A DNA stretch of 64,000 nt. Origin: Candidatus Aminicenantes bacterium. GTDB lineage: Bacteria; Acidobacteriota; Aminicenantia; Aminicenantales; Aminicenantaceae. A program made the translations under genes and the position numbers. This document shows positions 28,745-38,574 of the stretch, one piece after another; within the stretch, counting starts at the first letter, position 1, and the number at the start of each line of letters is the position of its first letter. The stretch is from contig WVZK01000086.1 of the NCBI GenBank assembly GCA_011772475.1, positions 4,406-68,405 on the forward strand, read 5' to 3'. The notes beneath the pieces are model-generated. The model saw only the letters and a program-made list of their open reading frames with translations, was not told where the DNA came from and ran no database searches.

Positions 28745-30517
28745 TTAATTATCTTCCTTCTTTTTTTGCGGTTCCTGTGGCACCAGCTTATCGTACTTAA
28801 CGAGCTCCCTGAGCCACCATTCAGGAAACTCTAACCTGTTCGTTTTTCTTGTTTCAACGTCATAGAGCCATAAATTATTGTATTTGACCAGCAATTGGTC
28901 GCCAAGCTCCCACCAGGCATCAATAACTCTGTTCGCGTTATTTACGCAGTAGTCGGTTAAAAATTTTCTTGCCTCGGCTGGATCCTTCTTGTAGAGCTCG
29001 TGAGCGAATTTATCCGTGGTGGCTGTCTTAGCTACTGCGCTCCCCTCCCACTTTTCCTGAGCCTTCCTGACATCCTTGATAGCATGCGAGTAGACAACCT
29101 GCGCATGGAAATCCACATAATCAAATGCCCAGCGCGCAGATTTTCTGTCGAATTTCCAGTGGTCACCAATCTTGAATGACTCCGGTATTTTCGTAATGCC
29201 GGCATAAAGAGGCATAAAACAGGATGTGTCCTGAGCGCCGAACGCAAGCCATACTATCCCTCCGATTATATTCGGCAACCATTCCCTGCACTGAGTCACG
29301 GTAACATATTCCGCCCTGTTCACGCTTATGAATCTCGTCGTATTATAGGTCAGGCCATCCAGTTCAAAAGGTCTAGGGAGGTAGTTTGGGTTCTTGAATG
29401 GTCCGCCTTGAAGACCTCTAACCGGGTCAAAAGGTGTCCCTTCACACTTGTCCCGGGTGATGCTCATCACATCCTGTACCGAAAGCTTCTTGTCAGGCTT
29501 GACCGAGAAGGGGAGTTCCATGTTAGGTGTATCCGGACTGATTTTACGGGAGGAAGCCACTATATCAAAAAAACGCCAGAGACGGACACGTGTTCCCCTT
29601 GAGCTGCTTGCACTGTATTCGCTCGGAGAGTAAGCTTTCTTCCAGTTAAAGGGCTCACCACTTTTTGGATCATAATAGCCGTTCTCTACTGCATAAGAGA
29701 TAACATTGGGGGAAGCCATGAAGTAATCCTTATTCTTGAGGTCGATTTCGCCTATCCTGGATTCATTCGGACAGACACTGACGTGGTCATCCGGCACCCT
29801 CTGGGCGCACCATATCGAGCCTGGCTTTCCGCTCTTTGGGGTCCACAACGCTCCGACGGGCATGATCTCAAAAATCCAGACCTCGTTAGGATCAGCTACG
29901 GCGAGCATCTCTCCATCGTCATGAAATCCATATCCATGCTCTTCTGTTATTTTTCCCATGAACTTGATTGCCTCTCGGGCTGTCTTGCATCTCTCTATGG
30001 CAAGAAGCGTCAACATTGAAAGGTCAATTTTGGCAGATGGAGTCTCATTTTTCATCTTATCGTGGCATCCTATGGTTGACTCTGCTATGGCCAGTTGCTG
30101 GTCATTCATGTACCCGAACATCCCATGAAGATGAGCATAGGTATGGGGCACTTGAGGGATTTCAAGACCTGTAAAGTTCTCTTTATACTTCTCCCATTTA
30201 AGACCTTCCTCTGGAGGCCACGTCTTATACTGGGAAATATGATAGATTTTACGAGTTGATCCAGGCTCATGGTCTGCTGCTGGCACGTACCGCCATGTCC
30301 AATCACAAAAGCTGCAATCACACGTATGGGTGGTCATTACCGAGCCGTCCACCGAGGCATCTTTCCCGACGATGACCACAGTACAGCCATCGTGTGGATA
30401 TTCTGCCGGTCCCGAATCACAATTTTTACATTCTGGCGTTGTTGATACCTGCGAACTTAATAAAATTCCTGCAACAAACAACATCCCCACGAATAAAAAT
30501 AATTTTTTTGAATTCAT
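28745..30517 (-). CDS. C69 family dipeptidase, secreted (copy 1)
   Basis: DGCTVVIVGKDASVDGSVMTTHTCDCSFCDWTWRYVPAADHEPGSTRKIY; GYGFHDDGEMLAVADPNEVWIFEIMPVG; TAAGGAGGT upstream. Confidence 0.92.
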   Translation of the reverse strand: MNSKKLFLFVGMLFVAGILLSSQVSTTPECKNCDSGPAEYPHDGCTVVIVGKDASVDGSVMTTHTCDCSFCDWTWRYVPAADHEPGSTRKIYHISQYKTWPPEEGLKWEKYKENFTGLEIPQVPHTYAHLHGMFGYMNDQQLAIAESTIGCHDKMKNETPSAKIDLSMLTLLAIERCKTAREAIKFMGKITEEHGYGFHDDGEMLAVADPNEVWIFEIMPVGALWTPKSGKPGSIWCAQRVPDDHVSVCPNESRIGEIDLKNKDYFMASPNVISYAVENGYYDPKSGEPFNWKKAYSPSEYSASSSRGTRVRLWRFFDIVASSRKISPDTPNMELPFSVKPDKKLSVQDVMSITRDKCEGTPFDPVRGLQGGPFKNPNYLPRPFELDGLTYNTTRFISVNRAEYVTVTQCREWLPNIIGGIVWLAFGAQDTSCFMPLYAGITKIPESFKIGDHWKFDRKSARWAFDYVDFHAQVVYSHAIKDVRKAQEKWEGSAVAKTATTDKFAHELYKKDPAEARKFLTDYCVNNANRVIDAWWELGDQLLVKYNNLWLYDVETRKTNRLEFPEWWLRELVKYDKLVPQEPQKKKEDN

Positions 30518-30590
30518 TTTTTACCTCCTTAAATGCCCATAATTTTTTGAATTATTCACGAAAAAAAAGCTGCTATTTCATATAAATTTT

Positions 30591-32354
30591 TCACTTTTTA
30601 GCTTGTTCTTGAGGTTCCAGTTTGTGATATTTAATAACCTCTTTAAACCAAGATTCAGGATATGGCAGGTTGCTCCGCTTTCTATTTTCTGTGTCATAAA
30701 TGCTCAGGTGATTGTACTTGACCAGCAAGTGGTCGCCCAGTTTCCACCAGGCATCGATGACTTTTTCGGCGTTGTTCATGCAGTAATCAGTTAAGTATTC
30801 GGCTGCAAGCTTCGGGTTCTGCTCGTACAACTCTTTGGCCGTTATATCGATAGAAGGTACTCTTTCAATCGCCGACGTTTCCCATTCTGCCTGAGCCTTT
30901 TTAACATCTTTTAAAGCGTGAGAGTAAGCCACCAGAGTATGGAAATCAACATAATCAAATGCCCATCTTGCAGATTCTCTGTTGAACACCCAGTGATCTC
31001 CTATACTAAAGGATTCAGGGATTGCGGTTATCCCGGCATACAGGGGCATGTAACATGATGTGTCCTGCGCACCGAAGGCAAGCCAAACAATCCCTCCTAT
31101 TGGATCTGGTAACCAGTCTCTGGATTGCGTAACGGTCGTGTACTCTGCCCGGTTGACACTGATAGTTCGAGGAGTATTGTAAGTTTTGTCCTCGACTGTA
31201 ACTGGCCTGGGGTGATAGTTCGGATTGCTGAAAGGCCCTCCTCTTAGCCCTTCTGCCGGATCAAAAAGAGTCCCCTGGTATTTATCTCGTGTGATGTCTA
31301 TTACGTCATGTAAAGAAAGTTTTTTGTCTGGCTTCACTGAGAAGGGGAATTCCATGTTGGGAGTTTCAGGGCTGAAATTGCGGGAAGGAGCGACAAGGTC
31401 AAAAAAACGCCAGAGCCGAGCTCTTGTCCCTCTGCTGCTTGCGGCGCTGGCCTCAGTGGGGGAGTAGGCTTTTTTCCAGTTAAACGGCTTCCCGCATTCA
31501 GGATCATAGTACCCGTTCTCTACTGCATAGGAAATAACATTCGAAGAAGCCAAAAAATAATCCGGGTTCTTGAGGTCGATTTCTCCTATTCTGGATTCAT
31601 TAGGACAAACACTGACGTGGTCATCCGGAATCCTTTGGGCACACCACACAGTACCCGGCTTGCCGCTCTTTGGGGTCCATAAGGGGCCGACCGGCATAAT
31701 CTCGAAAATCCAGACTTCATCCGGATCAGCCACAGCGAGCATCTCACCCGAGTCGTGAAACCCATATCCGTATTTTTCAGCCAGCGATCCCATGGTCTTG
31801 ATAGCCTCCCGGGCTGTCTTGGATCTCTCCATGGCAATCAGGGTGAGGGTTGTTATGTCAAACACGCCAGATGGAGTGGCATTTTCCATCTTACGGCGAC
31901 AGCCGATTGTCGACTCAGCTATGGCCAATTGATATTCGTTCATGTAGCCGAATACGCCATGGTGATAGGCATAAGTATGAGAAACTTGAGGTATTTCAAC
32001 ACCTGTATAGTCTTGCTTGGACATATCCCATTTATTTCCCACGTCTGGCGGCCATGTCTTTATCTGTGAGATATGGTAGATTTTACGTGTCGAGCCAGGC
32101 TCATGGTCTGCTGCTGGCACATGCCGCCAGGTCCAATCACAAACACCGCAATCAGCTGTATGGGTTGTTATTACCGACCTGTCGGCAGAAGCATCTTTGC
32201 CGACCATAACTACGGTACAGCCTTCTGTAATCGGTTCCAATACGATAGATTCGTCCAGGCCAATCCCTGGGTTAATAATCATAAAGGCTATTACCGCTAA
32301 CGCCAGTGCCGAAAGAGGTAAACCAAATATTAAAAATGATTTTTTTAGATTCAC
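30591..32354 (-). CDS. C69 family dipeptidase, secreted (copy 2)
   Basis: Same architecture and near-identical motifs to 28745-30517 (EGCTVVMVGKDASADRSVITTHTADCGVCDWTWRHVPAADHEPGSTRKIY). GTG start. Confidence 0.92.
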   Translation of the reverse strand: MNLKKSFLIFGLPLSALALAVIAFMIINPGIGLDESIVLEPITEGCTVVMVGKDASADRSVITTHTADCGVCDWTWRHVPAADHEPGSTRKIYHISQIKTWPPDVGNKWDMSKQDYTGVEIPQVSHTYAYHHGVFGYMNEYQLAIAESTIGCRRKMENATPSGVFDITTLTLIAMERSKTAREAIKTMGSLAEKYGYGFHDSGEMLAVADPDEVWIFEIMPVGPLWTPKSGKPGTVWCAQRIPDDHVSVCPNESRIGEIDLKNPDYFLASSNVISYAVENGYYDPECGKPFNWKKAYSPTEASAASSRGTRARLWRFFDLVAPSRNFSPETPNMEFPFSVKPDKKLSLHDVIDITRDKYQGTLFDPAEGLRGGPFSNPNYHPRPVTVEDKTYNTPRTISVNRAEYTTVTQSRDWLPDPIGGIVWLAFGAQDTSCYMPLYAGITAIPESFSIGDHWVFNRESARWAFDYVDFHTLVAYSHALKDVKKAQAEWETSAIERVPSIDITAKELYEQNPKLAAEYLTDYCMNNAEKVIDAWWKLGDHLLVKYNHLSIYDTENRKRSNLPYPESWFKEVIKYHKLEPQEQAKK

Positions 32355-32425
32355 CTTTTTACTCCCTCAAAAATTATCTTTCTTAATTTAAAATGAAATA
32401 ATTTTTCATTTATAACATGAATCGG

Positions 32426-32454
32426 GATATACTACCTCATGCCAAATTTGTCAA
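32426..32454 (-). promoter_or_regulatory. sigma70-type promoter for the C69 pair
   Basis: Minus strand TTGACA, 17 nt, TATATC. Confidence 0.5.
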
Positions 32455-32527
32455 GAAGGTTGTATCCACCGCGCGGTGATAGATGGTTATATCCTGCATT
32501 ATTCTTGAGGATGGTGATTGAAAGGAG

Positions 32528-33010
32528 TTATTTTCTTCTCTTTTTTTGTTCCTTATCTAATTCTGTCTTGGCCGCTTCGGCATTCTGATTAGCTACCTGA
32601 AGTTTCTGGAATGTTTCGAAAATTTCTCTCTGCATCTCAGCTCTGTCATACTGGTTCTCAAAGCTGAAAAATCTCTGCTGCAATTCGTTCATCCTTAAGG
32701 TTAAGAGACTAGCTCGTTCACTTGCTTTCTTCCAGTCCGCTTCAAGTCTTGCTTGTTCTTCAATATTCTCCGGCTCTATTTCTTCTTCTGGGAGTGATAA
32801 CATATCCTCGTTGAACGCAGGCTCGATAATTTCCACGGCAGCCGTTCTACCAAGGCTTCTCAGATCATCGTTGGTCACAACAACGGCTCTTTTTCCTTTA
32901 AGTTTTGCCCTTCTCTCTTTCTCCTTTTTAGCCAATTCGACTACACTTTGAGAGCAGAGAAAACTTACGAATAGCATAAACGAGAAGATTATTGTGATGA
33001 TTTTTTTCAT
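32528..33010 (-). CDS. Secreted coiled-coil protein
   Basis: MKKIITIIFSFMLFVSFLCSQ signal then Lys/Glu/Arg-rich helices. The track start (33058) overlaps a -35 box, so 33010 is preferred. Confidence 0.65.
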   Translation of the reverse strand: MKKIITIIFSFMLFVSFLCSQSVVELAKKEKERRAKLKGKRAVVVTNDDLRSLGRTAAVEIIEPAFNEDMLSLPEEEIEPENIEEQARLEADWKKASERASLLTLRMNELQQRFFSFENQYDRAEMQREIFETFQKLQVANQNAEAAKTELDKEQKKRRK

Positions 33011-33029
33011 ACCCGTCTTTCCTCTGACC

Positions 33030-33058
33030 ATTTTATAGAATTTAATCTCTTTAGTCAA
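33030..33058 (-). promoter_or_regulatory. sigma70-type promoter for the coiled-coil gene
   Basis: Minus strand TTGACT (33053-33058), 17 nt, TAAAAT (33030-33035). Confidence 0.55.
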
Positions 33059-33063
33059 TATTA

Positions 33064-34248
33064 TCAGTTAAAGTGTACAACAGCCTTATCCACTTTATCT
33101 GGATCATGATAATAATGACCGACACCGTTTTTCACTACATCTGCATAGCGTGGTACATTGCGGAGTTCGACTGCCCTTTCCGGGAATTTTCTTGAAAATT
33201 GACGTATAATCTCGAGAATAACTGAACAGTGCTGGCCGACTCTTTTTTCCATTGGCCAACCTGTCTCATCATAAGGCACAAACAATTTCCTTTTCTTTGA
33301 GAGGCTCAGCAAAAAGGGATCTTTCCCATCCAACAGAAGCTTCACAGTCTTTGGGCCGGTAGGTTGGTCTAAAAAGGGAAGAGGCGCCTCCAGAAGAAAA
33401 GGCAAAGTATCAGAATAATCTCCGATTTCTCTATGAGAAAGTCCTCGGAATCCAGATGGGGAAGGCTCAACATGGTTATCAAATTTCTCTCTGGCTTTTA
33501 CGGTAAGAGAGGTCATCGTTGCTATTCTCATAGATTTCTCGGGTGCTACGATACAGTTCGTGACCGGGAACATCGTCTCAGCTCCGTGGATGTCAATAGC
33601 GATGTCCACTTCCATCTCCCTCATGATCTGCATCGCTCCGTAGGTGACCCGCTCCATGAGAGGGCCGTTGGGCCTTCCAGGCCATGTCCTGTTTGTGTTC
33701 CTGACATCGAGAAAAGAAAGCAACTGTTTATCAGGATAATGAACATAGACATCCGGGTCCGGCCATTGGTCTAAGGGAGAAGCATCACGGTTTCCCATCC
33801 TGAATTTTTTGCTTCCCCATTCTGTGGGGATTTCATAGTAAAGCGGATAGCCGTCTCCCGGTCTAGTATTGCGCCCCGCGCTGTTGTTGAACTCGGGAAT
33901 TATGATGAGTGTTCCCTTATCGACTAGGGCGTTTTCTACAAATATGAGGGCCGTCAGGATTGCTGCTGGCTCGTTGGAATGGGTGTTAGCCATGATGAAC
34001 ATCTTCCCGCCTTTTTCTTTTCCTTCCAGGTAAAACACATTAGTGTCCGCTACAGTTTCCTTCACTCCTTCAGCATAATCGCTAAGCTTTGCAACTTTCG
34101 TTACCCCTTGTCCAGCCACTATGGGTAGCTTGAAATGCCGATGCTCATAAAGCTGCGCCCCTGCGATAATCATTAAAGTTATTATGATCAAAAGAAGTAT
34201 CGATTTTATTATCCAAACACGAGACATGTTTTTCTCCGTTTTCTGCAT
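33064..34248 (-). CDS. Succinylglutamate desuccinylase/aspartoacylase-like (M14-type) deacylase
   Basis: IMANTHSNEPAAILTALIFVENALVDKGTLIIIPEFNNSAG; VDIAIDIHGAETMFPVTN. Confidence 0.72.
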   Translation of the reverse strand: MQKTEKNMSRVWIIKSILLLIIITLMIIAGAQLYEHRHFKLPIVAGQGVTKVAKLSDYAEGVKETVADTNVFYLEGKEKGGKMFIMANTHSNEPAAILTALIFVENALVDKGTLIIIPEFNNSAGRNTRPGDGYPLYYEIPTEWGSKKFRMGNRDASPLDQWPDPDVYVHYPDKQLLSFLDVRNTNRTWPGRPNGPLMERVTYGAMQIMREMEVDIAIDIHGAETMFPVTNCIVAPEKSMRIATMTSLTVKAREKFDNHVEPSPSGFRGLSHREIGDYSDTLPFLLEAPLPFLDQPTGPKTVKLLLDGKDPFLLSLSKKRKLFVPYDETGWPMEKRVGQHCSVILEIIRQFSRKFPERAVELRNVPRYADVVKNGVGHYYHDPDKVDKAVVHFN

Positions 34249-34252
34249 CGCC

Positions 34253-34396
34253 CTACTTTACACGCAAGATCCTCAAAACAAGCGGGATCATGACCAATAA
34301 ATAGAGGAGCATATCGTTTACGCTCTTTTTTTCTCTGATGAAATTCCAGACCAACATGCCTGCAATGTAAGCACAAATGATATAGTATAAAATCAT
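34253..34396 (-). CDS. 47-aa membrane microprotein between transporter and deacylase
   Basis: Hand translation MILYYIICAYIAGMLVWNFIREKKSVNDMLLYLLVMIPLVLRILRVK*. Two hydrophobic segments separated by a basic/polar loop, same strand as both neighbours. Confidence 0.6.
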   Translation of the reverse strand: MILYYIICAYIAGMLVWNFIREKKSVNDMLLYLLVMIPLVLRILRVK

Positions 34397-34435
34397 TATC
34401 AAAGGCATTCATAGCCTCCTAAGCTTGTTTATATT

Positions 34436-35749
34436 TTATATGCTCCATCGCACAAGAAACTCTAAGTCGGCACTGAATTTAATCATGAGAATTCCCACAA
34501 CAGTAATAATCAACCAGGGCAACCAGGTGCTCCTTAAGAAGGTCCAGTATGAATCCTTATACTCCGAGACCATAACACTGAGCCTTCCTATTAGAGCTGT
34601 GGGAGGAAGCCCATCTCCTAAAGGCCAAAGCAAGCTCAGCCCTGCAATAGCCACAGTGGCGTGCAAACCTATGGAATCTAAGAACCATATAAGAGGAATT
34701 CCGATAATAGCTGCGCCGCCATAGGTTAAGACTCCTTCTGAGACAGGAATAATCACGGCCAAAAGTATAAACAGTAAGGTAATGGGTGTGCTGATAACAG
34801 CAAACGATAGAAGCCCTCGGACTCCGGTTGCGGTCATTACCTGCTGCAGCATTCCCACTACAACCATTGTTGCTAGCAACGGCAGCAGCCGTTTCATAGT
34901 ATCTCTAGATAGCTCAAGGATTTTAATCTTCTTGGGGCTTACCAGAAGCGCAACTAAAGCAGCTATAACAAACTCCAGGGGCAATCCCAGTATCGGAGTT
35001 GAGAAAGGCAAAATTCGGGAAGCTACAATCAACCCGAAAAAGATGAGGAAAGGCAAAATCACTCTCCACCAGCTCATCCTTTCCGGCACTTCAGGCATCT
35101 CTTTCAAGACTTCCCCTAAATCCATCGTCCTCTCCCTTTTCCATCCAAGGAAAAGGACAGTAAAAGTCCCGAGGATAAGAACGGGAATTCCAAGAGGAAG
35201 CTCAAAGCCAACATAGGGTATGGCTGTGCCTGCAGATAATATCATAGCCCAGATATTAACCGGAGGCGCGGCCGCGCTTAATCCAGCGACTATAAAAAGA
35301 ATAGCAGCGATCCTTCTCTTAGTTATTCCCAGGTAACCGAGCGCCAATGCTACCGGTGCTCCCACAACAAGCAGAGATACACTACCTGCTCCTGTGAGGG
35401 CTCCAGGTATTAGGACAATTATCATCAAAAGAATTAGGGCAATAATACGCAGGTTATAGAAGTATTTTATCGTGGCCCTGACAACGTAATTGACGCCGCC
35501 GGATTCCCTGACTATTGCCATAAATATGGTGGCGGTTGAAAAAACTAAGATTACATCAAGATATGTAAAAGCCCCCTCTACAAGATGGCGGGCTAGCTGA
35601 CCTATCGGTGGCGTGCTTACGAACGCGCCGGCTATTCCTCCGCAAACTGCAGCGGAAAGCATGCTAAGCTCAACTGATAAATTCTTCCACTTTGCCAAAG
35701 AATAAGCGACCACCATGATGGCCAAGATAATTCCGATCCGCAGATACAT
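34436..35749 (-). CDS. TRAP large permease / C4-dicarboxylate-type (IT superfamily) transporter
   Basis: 437 aa, about 12 TM segments; GALTGAGSVSLLVVGAPVALALGYLGI; PPVNIWAM; ISEGVLTYGGAAIIGIPLIWFLDSIGLHATVAIAG. Confidence 0.65.
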   Translation of the reverse strand: MYLRIGIILAIMVVAYSLAKWKNLSVELSMLSAAVCGGIAGAFVSTPPIGQLARHLVEGAFTYLDVILVFSTATIFMAIVRESGGVNYVVRATIKYFYNLRIIALILLMIIVLIPGALTGAGSVSLLVVGAPVALALGYLGITKRRIAAILFIVAGLSAAAPPVNIWAMILSAGTAIPYVGFELPLGIPVLILGTFTVLFLGWKRERTMDLGEVLKEMPEVPERMSWWRVILPFLIFFGLIVASRILPFSTPILGLPLEFVIAALVALLVSPKKIKILELSRDTMKRLLPLLATMVVVGMLQQVMTATGVRGLLSFAVISTPITLLFILLAVIIPVSEGVLTYGGAAIIGIPLIWFLDSIGLHATVAIAGLSLLWPLGDGLPPTALIGRLSVMVSEYKDSYWTFLRSTWLPWLIITVVGILMIKFSADLEFLVRWSI

Positions 35750-35852
35750 GCTCTAAACCCTCCGCAATTTTACATTTCACATTTCACCTTAGTCAAGCAA
35801 TCTTGTTAGGCCCGGATGTTTCGCTCTTTTTCTTTGCTTATTATTTTCTTTT

Positions 35853-35880
35853 GTAGGGGTTTGATTTATCAAACCCACAT
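35853..35880. repeat. GTAG-palindrome repeat
   Basis: GTAGGGGTTTGATTTATCAAACCCACA. Confidence 0.88.
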
Positions 35881-35985
35881 TTTTGCTTGTAAAGATAACT
35901 TAAAATAATTAAATATGATAAGGTAATACTAAAAATAATGTTAATTCGTATAATAGGTAGGTCAATTTAAGTTTGGATATTAAAG

Positions 35986-36183
35986 ATGGTTAAATTTTTA
36001 CTCTGGCTAATTTTATTGGTGCTCTGCTGGCCACTTGCTCTTCTGGCGCTTCTACTCTATCCTATTGTCTGGCTCCTACTTATACCTTTCAGACTTCTTG
36101 GCATCACAGTGAACGCTGTCCTGGATCTATTTAAAACAATCATAACGCTCCCTGCCAGGGTTTTGAGAGGTGGAAGAGGTTAA
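35986..36183 (+). CDS. Small hydrophobic protein with basic C-terminus
   Basis: 65 aa MVKFLLWLILLVLCWPLALLALLLYPIVWLLLIPFRLLGITVNAVLDLFKTIITLPARVLRGGRG. Confidence 0.5.
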   Translation: MVKFLLWLILLVLCWPLALLALLLYPIVWLLLIPFRLLGITVNAVLDLFKTIITLPARVLRGGRG

Positions 36184-36316
36184 TACCGCCAATTTGACGT
36201 TGATGTTTGCTCGTGATAAAAGCGATATACGGAGTCATTCGATAGGATTCTTGCATAAGAATAGTAAAATGTTTTCAAACCTATAGATTCCAAAAAAATA
36301 AAAAAAGGAGGAATTA

Positions 36317-38470
36317 ATGAAAAACCTAAAAATTTATGGATGGCCTAAACACGCCATGCTCGGATTTACCGTCATTTGCCTCGCATTTTTATTTAGTTCA
36401 GGTTTTACAGGATGCACAACTGAAAGGCCTGAACCGCCGGTTGCTGAAAAGATTCCAAAGGAATTAACCTTTCACGGAGACACAAGGTTGGATAATTACT
36501 ACTGGCTCAACGAGAGGGATAATCCCAAGGTCATTGCTTACCTAACTGCAGAGAATGAGTACAAAGATGCTATGATGAAGCATACAGAGCGTTTTCAGAA
36601 AAAGCTCTACGAAGAAATTGTAGGAAGGATAAAAAAGACAGATATGTCTGTTCCCTATAAAGAAAGAAGCTATTACTATTATTCACGCTACGAGGGAGAG
36701 GGAGAATACCCGATTTACTGCAGGAAAAAGGGGAGCATGGAAGCAGAAGAAGAAATATTATTGAACGTCAATGAAATGGCCAAGGGACATGCTTTTTATA
36801 GCGTTGCAGGTTATACAGTAAGCACCGATAACAATCTTATCGCCTTCGGAGTTGATACGGTTAGCAGAAGAAAATATACGATTAACTTTAAAAACCTGAA
36901 AACAGGAGAGATGCTCCCAGACAAGATTCCAGTTACATCAGGAAGAGCTGCTTGGGCGAACGATAATAAAACGGTTTTTTATACTCTCAAAGATGATGAA
37001 ACACTCCGCTCGTACAAAGTCATGAAGCACGTACTCGGAACCGATATATCTACAGATAAAGAAGTCTTCGAGGAAAAAGATGTGACATTCAGTACTTACG
37101 TCTATAAAACTAAATCTGAAAAGTACCTGTTTATCGGTTCAGGCAGCACTCTTTCTGACGAATACCGCTTCCTGGATGCAGACAATCCTGATGGAAAATT
37201 TAAGATAATACATCCGAGAGAGAAAGACCTTTTATACGATGTAGCCCACTACAAAGACAAATTCTACATCCGGACGAATTATAAAGCGAAGAATTTCAGA
37301 CTGATAGCGACACCTGTCAATAGAACTACCAAGGAAAACTGGAAAGAAGTTATACCTCACCGTGGTGATATTTTGCTCCAGGGATTTGAAGTATTTAAGG
37401 ATTTCCTTGTTCTCAATGAGCGGATAAAAGGACTGCCTAACCTGAGGATAATGAGATGGGATAAGAAAGGCGAACACTATCTTGATTTTGGGGAAGAAAC
37501 CTACTCAGCATATATCGCTTATAATCCCGAATTTGATACTGATATATTACGTTATGGATATACATCTATGACCACTCCCAGGTCTGATTTCGATTACAAC
37601 ATGAATACCAAGGATAAAACGCTATTAAAGCAGCAGGAAGTAGTCGGTGATTTCGATTCGAACAATTATCATGCGGAAAGACTTTATGCTACAGCCAGAG
37701 ACGGCACAAAAGTACCTATATCTTTGGTGTACAGAAAAGGACTAGAGAAAAACGGAGACAATCCGCTCCTCCTTTACGGCTATGGTTCCTACGGTGCCAC
37801 CATGAATGCTAGTTTCAGTTCGGTTCGGTTGAGCCTTCTGGATAGAGGTTTTGTTTATGCCATTGCCCACATTCGAGGCGGCCAGGAGATGGGAAGATAC
37901 TGGTATGAGGAAGGAAAGCTCTTTAAGAAGAAAAACACGTTTACAGATTTTATTGATTGCGCAGAGCATCTAATCGCCGAAAAATTCACTAATCCTGACA
38001 AGCTGTTTGCTCAGGGAGGAAGTGCAGGAGGCTTGCTGATGGGTGCGGTGGTTAATATGCGGCCTGACCTATTTAAAGGAGTTATGGCTGCTGTGCCCTG
38101 GGTGGATGTCATAACAACAATGCTTGACCCGGATATTCCGCTGACGACAGGTGAATATGACGAGTGGGGGGATCCAAATAAGAAGGAATACTACGATTAT
38201 ATGCTTTCCTATTCTCCCTACGATAACGTAGAGGCTAAAGATTATCCTGCGATGCTGGTCACAACTGGTTTACATGATTCTCAAGTTCAGTACTTTGAAC
38301 CGGCCAAGTGGGTAGCGAAACTCAGAGAGTTGAAAACAGATGATAATATTTTGTTACTCGATACAGATATGGAAAGTGGACATGGTGGAGCTTCAGGTCG
38401 TTTTAGACGGTATAAGAGAACTGCATTACAATATGCGTTTTTTCTGGACCTGCTGGGAATCAAAAAATAG
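36317..38470 (+). CDS. S9A prolyl oligopeptidase / oligopeptidase B-like lipoprotein
   Basis: LDNYYWLNERDNPKVIAYLTAENEY; YGYGSYGATMNASFSSVRLSLLDRGFVYAIAHIRGG; FAQGGSAGGLLMGAVVNMRPDLF; LHDSQVQYFEPAKW; GHGG. Confidence 0.93.
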   Translation: MKNLKIYGWPKHAMLGFTVICLAFLFSSGFTGCTTERPEPPVAEKIPKELTFHGDTRLDNYYWLNERDNPKVIAYLTAENEYKDAMMKHTERFQKKLYEEIVGRIKKTDMSVPYKERSYYYYSRYEGEGEYPIYCRKKGSMEAEEEILLNVNEMAKGHAFYSVAGYTVSTDNNLIAFGVDTVSRRKYTINFKNLKTGEMLPDKIPVTSGRAAWANDNKTVFYTLKDDETLRSYKVMKHVLGTDISTDKEVFEEKDVTFSTYVYKTKSEKYLFIGSGSTLSDEYRFLDADNPDGKFKIIHPREKDLLYDVAHYKDKFYIRTNYKAKNFRLIATPVNRTTKENWKEVIPHRGDILLQGFEVFKDFLVLNERIKGLPNLRIMRWDKKGEHYLDFGEETYSAYIAYNPEFDTDILRYGYTSMTTPRSDFDYNMNTKDKTLLKQQEVVGDFDSNNYHAERLYATARDGTKVPISLVYRKGLEKNGDNPLLLYGYGSYGATMNASFSSVRLSLLDRGFVYAIAHIRGGQEMGRYWYEEGKLFKKKNTFTDFIDCAEHLIAEKFTNPDKLFAQGGSAGGLLMGAVVNMRPDLFKGVMAAVPWVDVITTMLDPDIPLTTGEYDEWGDPNKKEYYDYMLSYSPYDNVEAKDYPAMLVTTGLHDSQVQYFEPAKWVAKLRELKTDDNILLLDTDMESGHGGASGRFRRYKRTALQYAFFLDLLGIKK

Positions 38471-38473
38471 ATT

Positions 38474-38566
38474 GTAGGGGTTTGATTCCTCAAACCCACC
38501 TTTTTAATTCTAAAAATACGCTGGTTAAATTTACCAATTTGTAGGGGTTTGATTCCTCAAACCCAC
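38474..38566. repeat. Two direct GTAG-palindrome repeats (TTCC-loop variant)
   Basis: GTAGGGGTTTGATTCCTCAAACCCAC at 38474 and 38541. The first begins 4 nt after the stop codon at 38470. Confidence 0.9.
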
Positions 38567-38574
38567 ATTTTGTT

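Noticed and set aside
33010-33058. Track start codon (TTG at 33058) for the coiled-coil protein
   Set aside because: This TTG is part of a well-formed -35 box (TTGACT-N17-TAAAAT); the signal peptide begins at the ATG at 33010.
34782-35216. 144-aa plus-strand ORF
   Set aside because: Antisense to the transporter, composition typical of reverse-frame translation of TM segments.
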